DNA of 64,000 nucleotides, taken from positions 124,001 through 188,000 of the forward strand of contig JAQGDQ010002384.1 of NCBI GenBank assembly GCA_030141605.1, in the 5' to 3' direction. Positions within the stretch are counted from its first letter, which is position 1. The number at the start of each line of letters is the position of its first letter. Under the pieces are notes generated by a model. It was given only the letters and a program-made list of their open reading frames with translations. It was not told the DNA's origin and ran no database searches. Shown here piece after piece: positions 56,960 through 64,000 of the stretch. The position numbers and the translations under genes were made by a program. Source of the DNA: Tubiluchus corallicola. Lineage: Eukaryota; Animalia; Priapulida.

Positions 56960-58834
56960 ACAGAGACATATAGAGATCTCTCTATTTCCGTAGCAAAACG
57001 TTTGTTTCTGCGGCAAAACTGTGTGCTAGCCATCTATCGTAAATGTCGAATGAAAATAAAATATTTTTTATGATTTGTTTCTGTTTTTAAAATTTTCTTC
57101 ATTTTTCAAACTTTTATAGTCATTTAAAGACTTTACAAGCAAGATTCGATACATTCGAAACGCAGCGTTCAATTTTGTAAAGGTTAATTGGGCCCTGTAA
57201 AGCTATTTGACTTGCAGTGTGTCCACCTCCAGGGAAATTCCTCAGATTGAGATGACATTGACTGAACTAGTCCTATTCGAAATACAGCTACAGGCTGGCC
57301 TGTGATTAGATATGGACACAGGCTATTGTTTCATAGAAATGGCTTCTATTTCGCTCTAAGACGAGTCAATAATTTGAAATGAAAAGGCGAGTTTTGCGCC
57401 CTAAAGCACAAGTGGGCTTTCAAATTTTATCTCTGCATCCACTCACCGCCCCCTTGTAATTTCAGTAACTCCCTCTTGAGTGAGGCGGGATGTCATTTGG
57501 ATGAGTAATCCTTGACATTCTTACATGAAGTTGCCTCAATTAAATCACCCGTATGTGGAAACTGTACACAAATCCAAGACATATACATACTGCCTACTAA
57601 AATTAAACGGCTACCTGTATGTAATTAAGTGATCGTCTGCAATTAATTTGTCCACGTTTAATTGCTGACAATCAAGTAATACTCTTACGCTCACGTGTAA
57701 AGGGTTCACCAAATAATAGGCGACCTCGTACCGGAAAAGACCGTAATAGATTAAAGCCGACAAAACCATGAAAAGAATCACTTAATTCTGAATAAAGAAC
57801 GTGCACTTGTTTTAATAACCTATATTGTCGCCATTCGTAGCTCTGGTGGCGACTAATCGACGTCGGGTACACAGTCACCGGAATTTCTCAATGAGACTGC
57901 TGTTATGACTCATTTCCTCAGCAACTTTGTTGAATTTGTTATTTCTGAGGATAAAAAGTAGGATAAAATTTAGAAAATAGATTACAATATTAGAAAAAAC
58001 ACCGAAACATTTATATTATATCTACTTCTAGTTCTAGTAACTTCTGTGCCTAGTGCGTTCAACGTTTCTTGCCCATACCAGTACTTTCAACAATTTAATT
58101 CAATTCTTCTTTGTTTCTGTAAAAGAAATTGCACACAGAGACCCATAGAGAAATTACTGTGGTAAGACTACAGAAACCCACAAGTTGTTCATATATTTAA
58201 GACGTCAGCAAAAATTCAGCCACTGTATGCAGTGATATCTCTCTCACTTAATTTTAACGATGGTGAATACAGGTAATTTCATTACAATTTCTATACAAAC
58301 TAAAAACTGTGAAAGTAAAGAAAACCGGGAAACTGTCATTTGCTCGCAGGACACGTGTCTAATGCGAGTAACGAAATGTGAAGCATTGTTAGTGATGCTT
58401 AGTTAGGCTCATTCAGCTTGACAACAGGAGTTGCGTTGTTTCGTGAGCAAATAAATCCAATTTAGAGGCACTAGAAAGGTCGTTGAAGTCAATCGTCCAT
58501 CGTGTTTCATGACCATTGTCAGGCTGCCTACTTTAATGCCGTTTTCATTTCATGTCAATCTTTAATGTCGTAGAAATTTTTACGGCATCTCAAAAAAAAA
58601 CTTGAGAACATTTTACTAACATCTTAAGAAACTGAAGAGTTTCTATTAACTCATCGTAAATGATTTTCGTAACTCATCATAAATAAATAAAATTGCAAGG
58701 ATGTTTACTGGAGAAAGTGATTCGTTTTTGCACCTTCACGGGTCGTACAAATGTGCAAAAATTAAGTAGCTATTTAACCATAAATATTTGTGATCAATTT
58801 AATTAAGAAAAAAAAACAAGCGAAAACTAGTTAA

Positions 58835-59438
58835 AGGAAAACAGGATGATTTTTCACATGCCGCCCTATATTTATAAGTATACAGCAAAAAGTATACCGC
58901 ATACATTTTAGCATCTATAATAATGCTAAAGTGTTTGTGATAATAAAATAATAGTTTAAAAACTTAACTGACGGCTGGAGATACCAGCAAGCGATGACGT
59001 CAGAACTGAACACAGTTTTGTAACAGCCAAACATTCAACGAGCTTGATGCAAGTGTTTGCAAAAAACAGAAATGGAAGTATAATGCTACTGTACAACATT
59101 GACTGTGGTACACAAAAAACTTGTCGAATTTATGTTTAAAACTTTAAAACTTAAAACCGCCGTGTTGTCATGCTATTTCACCAAAAAAAGGTAATACGTC
59201 AGAACTGAACAGAGACGTACAGTGCTTGTTTTTTATGCAATGTGTTTTCGAGATGCAGATACTATGTCTATTTAACTACTGTAGCTAATGGCGCATGAAC
59301 ACCGAGCGCACGCAAAATTAAACTTTGGTGGTAATAATTCTTTTACGTAAGTCACATAAAAAAACAATTATGTGCACTTTTAATATTTTACACATTAGAT
59401 TACTTTTAGCTATAGCTTAAGATTGGGTCCTGTCCCCT
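58835..59438 (+). mobile_element. K1 MITE, complete, diverged
   Basis: TTAA|AGGAAAACAGGATG ... GGGTCCTGTCCCCT|TTAA. Confidence 0.75.
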
Positions 59439-59902
59439 TTAAGGAAAGAGTTGACAATTCTTTTTTTGTCTCGCTTTAGTGCACTTAGAAACGAAACTAC
59501 TCATTCATGCATTAATTTTAATTTTAACCAAATCTAGGCAGAATATTTTTAAGAATAACATACCGCATTGATAAGATATTATTTGTTCTTGTTGCCATCT
59601 TTGTCGTGGTCGCGGTTGCGACTGCTGCTGCTATTGTTGTTATGTGTTGTTATTTCAAGTAAGCATTCTAGAGAATTCTCTGCCTTGGGACCAGTATGTG
59701 ATCTCGCACATTATGTTAATTATGTAGAAATATCTGTAATCACGAACACGAAGCTAATTAATTACCATGCTGTATGTACCCAATAGAGCTATATTTATTC
59801 TGCATCCTATGTCCATGTATTTTTCAAACAAATTACTGCTTCATGAAATCTTATCATGGATAGTCCTTAAAATCCCTGCGTAAGTTTCTAAAAATCGATC
59901 AG

Positions 59903-60056
59903 AAGATAAGACAGGACAGGACAGGACAGGACAGGATTGGACAGGACATGGCGGGACAGGACAGGACAGGACAGGACAGGACAGGACAGGACAGGACAGG
60001 ACAGGGCAGGGCAGGGCAGGGCAGGGCAGGGCAGGGCAATACAAGATAAGATAAGA
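59903..60056. repeat. (CAGGA)n-(CAGGG)n pentanucleotide array, probably the tail of a minus-strand retroposon
   Basis: Followed by gataagatctttattt (AATAAAGATC on the minus strand). Confidence 0.9.
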
Positions 60057-60235
60057 TCTTTATTTAAATTCGAGCTTATCTTCTGATCGAAGAGAACTAA
60101 ATACATCAAAAACAATGGTGATTATGGTCAGACTGCTCACTCGTGAGAGTACTGTTATTTGGTGTTTCCGTGTGGTTGCACAACAATTTTCTTACTAAAA
60201 TTTTGAAACGTATGTATAGTAGCGTCAGCTTATAG

Positions 60236-60678
60236 TAGGGGGTGAGCATTCTCTATCAGAAAGCAAAGAAGGAGTTTACAATTCCCCACGAAATTTTAAG
60301 TACTGTAACCCTAGACCTAACATTGTGTGTGGGGAATTGTAAACTTTAGCCCAAGTGCGAATTCGAATCGAATCAAATTTTTGACTTTCGAAATCGCTCA
60401 AACCGAGTTTCAAAATTTCAAATCCAAATCGAACTCGAAAAAATAGTCTCGCAAAGATCACGCATATTGCTTAATTTTGTACCAAAGCAAAAAAATACTA
60501 ACAATTTGGGTAAAAATCGTGCACTGAAATAGCAGCTAAATAATGGAGTTTGCATAACGTTTGAAACGGTTTAATCTTAAGGAACTTTTGTAGTAAAGTG
60601 CTGAATTACTCAAATCCAAAATTTTAAGTTCGAATAGAATTTGAATTAAAAAACTCGTTCGAACTGAATTCACCCCAA
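60236..60678. mobile_element. hAT-type MITE with internal TTCGAA motifs
   Basis: TAGGGGGTGAGCATTC ... GAATTCACCCCAA; 8-bp TSD gcttatag/gcttacag. Confidence 0.65.
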
Positions 60679-61284
60679 GCTTACAGCGGAAAGCACAGAG
60701 TGCTGATTACTGTACGACTGGAATTCAGGTTCACATTTACATTTCGTTGTAATAACTATCACATCTGCAACATTTATATTCACTGGCGAACTCTACACGA
60801 TCACCTCTATTCATCATGTTGGTAAACTCTTTACCAATAAGTGGTTTCAGTCAATCGCTCATTAAAACAATTCACATTCAGAATACACACCGTCTCCATT
60901 GATTGAGCCACACGAATGCTTTTTCTAGTCACAAATTTGTAACCAAATTTGCCTTGCGAAGAACTGTGGAATGAAAGATGATTCGTTTTGGAAATTTTGT
61001 CCATAAATGAAATACACGGAAACGGAAGTATGACCGTGTATTTTCACCGTCATTGTTATTCTACGGCGATGGCACACTAGGTGACAGCGTCCGACACCGG
61101 ACATCAAGTTTTGGATTAAACGGAAGTGCCAATCGTCCCCCATTATAGATGACTTGATGGATAAGGCAACCCAGTAAATGACTGACTGACAAACTGACTG
61201 ACTTCTTTAGCTAGGAACTACATGTGTTGCTGAGGGCTGTTCATTCTTTATTTGGTCGACTGCGTAGTTAACAACTGAATGACG

Positions 61285-61438
61285 GACTGGTTGACTGGCT
61301 GAGTGAGTGAGTGAGTGACTGACTGACTGACTGACTGACTGACTAACTGATTAACTGGCTAGCTAGCTGCTGACTGATTGACTAGCTGACTGACTGACTG
61401 ACCGACTAACCGACCGACCGACCGACCGACAGACTGAC
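61285..61438. repeat. (GACT/GACC)n microsatellite
   Basis: Direct reading; a similar array lies at 51650-51835. Confidence 0.9.
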
Positions 61439-61939
61439 GCGTGAAAAGAAACAAGAATTTATTCTAGCTTATAGAATGTTTATCATCAAGAATGTTCGAT
61501 TTCTTCATTGACAGATATCTTCTTATTTTGCTTAGGAATTTTCTGACTCTGCCAGTCTTTTTATTATCTAAAACGAATTACATTACTTTTTGCGCGATCC
61601 AATTTGCACTGAACTACTTTGCTAAAATATTTACGATATAGAAATATTTTAATCGCAATATAAACTGGAGAGGGAGAATATTTAAACGGTAGAGGACAAT
61701 ATCTTGACTGAGACAAACGTAAACGGCACGCGTCAAAACTTGTTACAAATTTGCAAGCATTAGATGACAAAATTGACAAACTGAAATTTATCTGTTATAT
61801 AACCAGTAGCTACAAGGGTGTCCTTGAAAATGGAAAAACAACAAGTTATACATGGAAGAATTCAATGCTTCAATGTAATTGGTTTGTGCCAGACGGTTTA
61901 GTTAGTAGTAAGGCGTAATGGTGTAATGGGGTAATAATA

Positions 61940-62170
<231 letters not shown>

Positions 62171-62364
62171 TATATTACTATAATTTCATGCGTTGCAGGT
62201 AGAAATTACATTAAAAACATTTTGAACGATCGCTTTTTATTTGTTTCTTCAAAATCTCGACTTTCATACTAAGTCTTCACAGGTGACAAACAAATTAGCT
62301 CAATGCAAGAGACGTTGTTTTTCTTATATTAGTTTCTAGCAAATGTCTTAGCACAGAAAGTTCT

Positions 62365-62757
62365 TCGCTGGTACATGCATTTCGCCATTTGCTAGTTAGA
62401 TGGACGGAAGCCAATAGCGTCTGCATCTGTGAACACGTTGCAGAAAAAATACAGGCGCCGTATCTCCCGTTTTTAAATTTATAATTTCCCGAGTTTTTTG
62501 TGTATTACACCGAATGTTGCACTGTACTTCAAGTTTCGCTTTTGCAAACATGTGCAACACGCTCATGGAATGTTTGTGCTGTTGAAAATTATGTTCAATC
62601 ATGAAATCATCACTAGCTGGGCTTGCCAGTCGTTAATTAACTTTTTAACCTATTATTTAATTGCCAGAAATACTTTTGCGTAATTATAGGTGCTAAAGCA
62701 TATATTTACTGCACTTCAAAAAGTGAGGTAGACTGCGAAAAATAATCCTGTTTTCCT
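62365..62757 (-). mobile_element. K1 MITE, inverted partial copy
   Basis: aataatcctgttttcct is the reverse complement of the K1 left end; gcatttcgccatttgctagtt is the reverse complement of the K1 core. Confidence 0.65.
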
Positions 62758-63256
62758 TGACAGAGCGCATTTATTAATTGATTGCAACTTGCAAGCTTTA
62801 CTTAGCCCTGTCCTGAAAGCTTCAAATAAACATTTCTTCTCTCATTCAAGCTGATTTCTGTCAATAGCACTACGAATTACATCCTACTGGATTCAATTTA
62901 GCAAAGTTTAATGCCATCTGTTTCTACTTCGCACTGTAATTATGCTGTAAACAGGATTTACTATTGGATTTTACAGTGGACTGTAATGCCTCCTCTAACC
63001 ATTCCAAACCGAGCATGTTGATTCACGTGCACATGTACCCCTCCTTCACAAATCCTACTATACATAAAAATTCGTTGGATTTGTGTTTTCGTTTGGTAAG
63101 ATTAGAAAAGTTAAAGGGAAAAATTTGAAACCGTTTTTAGCAAAATTTCTTCATTGTACTGATAAAAATATTCTAGTGGCTTCTTACTAAAACATAAGAC
63201 CTGGAGCAAGAGATTTATTACAAACAGGAAAAAAATAGCCACTCAAATGCCATTTA

Positions 63257-63356
63257 TAGGTAGGTAGGTAGGCAGGCAGGCAGGCAGGTAGGTAGGTAGC
63301 TAGGTGGGAGATAGGCAGGCAGGCAGGCAGGTAGGTAGGCAGGTAGGTAGGTAGGC
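63257..63356. repeat. (AGGT/AGGC)n microsatellite
   Basis: Direct reading. Confidence 0.92.
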
Positions 63357-63409
63357 ATATTCTGCGTAAAAAGACTTTTTTACATGAAGTTTTTGCTTCA
63401 CCTTTTGTT

Positions 63410-63570
63410 GATCATTTATTGCTGCTTCACCGACCACTTTATTTCTGCTTCCTCGGGCATTTTACTACTCCCTCATGGGCCACTTTTTTACTGCTTCATG
63501 GACCATTTTATTGCTGCCTCATGGACCACTTTATTGCTGCATCAAGGACCACTTTGTTTCTGCGTCATAG
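63410..63570 (+). repeat. Degenerate ~23-bp minisatellite
   Basis: About 7 ttattgctgcctcatggaccact-like units. Confidence 0.75.
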
Positions 63571-64000
63571 TGTCTTTGCCTAACCACGTGTCGGCTGAAA
63601 TTCGTTTGTTCTTGTCCTGACTGACCGCTCAATGTTTACTTTACTCCCACAGTAACTTTTAGTACCCAAATCAAATGTCAAATTCACGAACTGGAACAAT
63701 TATCTCGATGGGCTTCTTAAAAAAACAATTTCTATAACAGCTAGGACAGGGATCAATTGAGAAGTTAATGTGTGCTTAGCGACCGAAATTAAATAACGCC
63801 GAGCCAGGGCAGGAAATGGAGGAGCGACCGCCAAAACTTTTTCTTTTACGTTTTATCTGCCATGCTACTCGTTGAGTGACAATATATATCTAGCCGAAGT
63901 TCCGAATTTGTGTAAGACACTACCATCTGAAAGTCCAGCGAGGATTGTCCGCACTAAAGAGATGTCCCCAACAATCGACATAATAGGTGAGTTCTGCAGT

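Overview
AT-rich, microsatellite- and transposon-dense eukaryotic DNA from an invertebrate animal; the 5S head and receptor type fit a protostome, but the taxon cannot be fixed from sequence. The only well-supported protein gene is a minus-strand rhodopsin-family neuropeptide GPCR resembling SIFamide/NPFF receptors. Its layout is unusual. One N-terminal exon (TM1-TM2, 38114-37844) is followed about 25 kb later by two tandem, intact but strongly diverged exon2+exon3 cassettes encoding TM3-TM7 (B: 12520-12421 and 12126-11391; A: 7549-7450 and 6355-5656), with identical splice phases. Cassette A has no visible exon 1 of its own, which suggests two different receptors are made from one shared first exon by alternative terminal-cassette splicing. 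Other content: a 5S-rRNA-headed SINE3 with no Pol III terminator and a (CAA)n tail, two families of TTAA-flanked Kolobok/T2-type MITEs, hAT-type MITEs with 8-bp TSDs, Harbinger relics, LINE fragments (CR1-group, RTE, R2-like), tRNA-derived SINE heads, many microsatellites, and a possible signal-peptide exon of the next gene at 686-626. Coordinates were read by hand; repeat boundaries are approximate.
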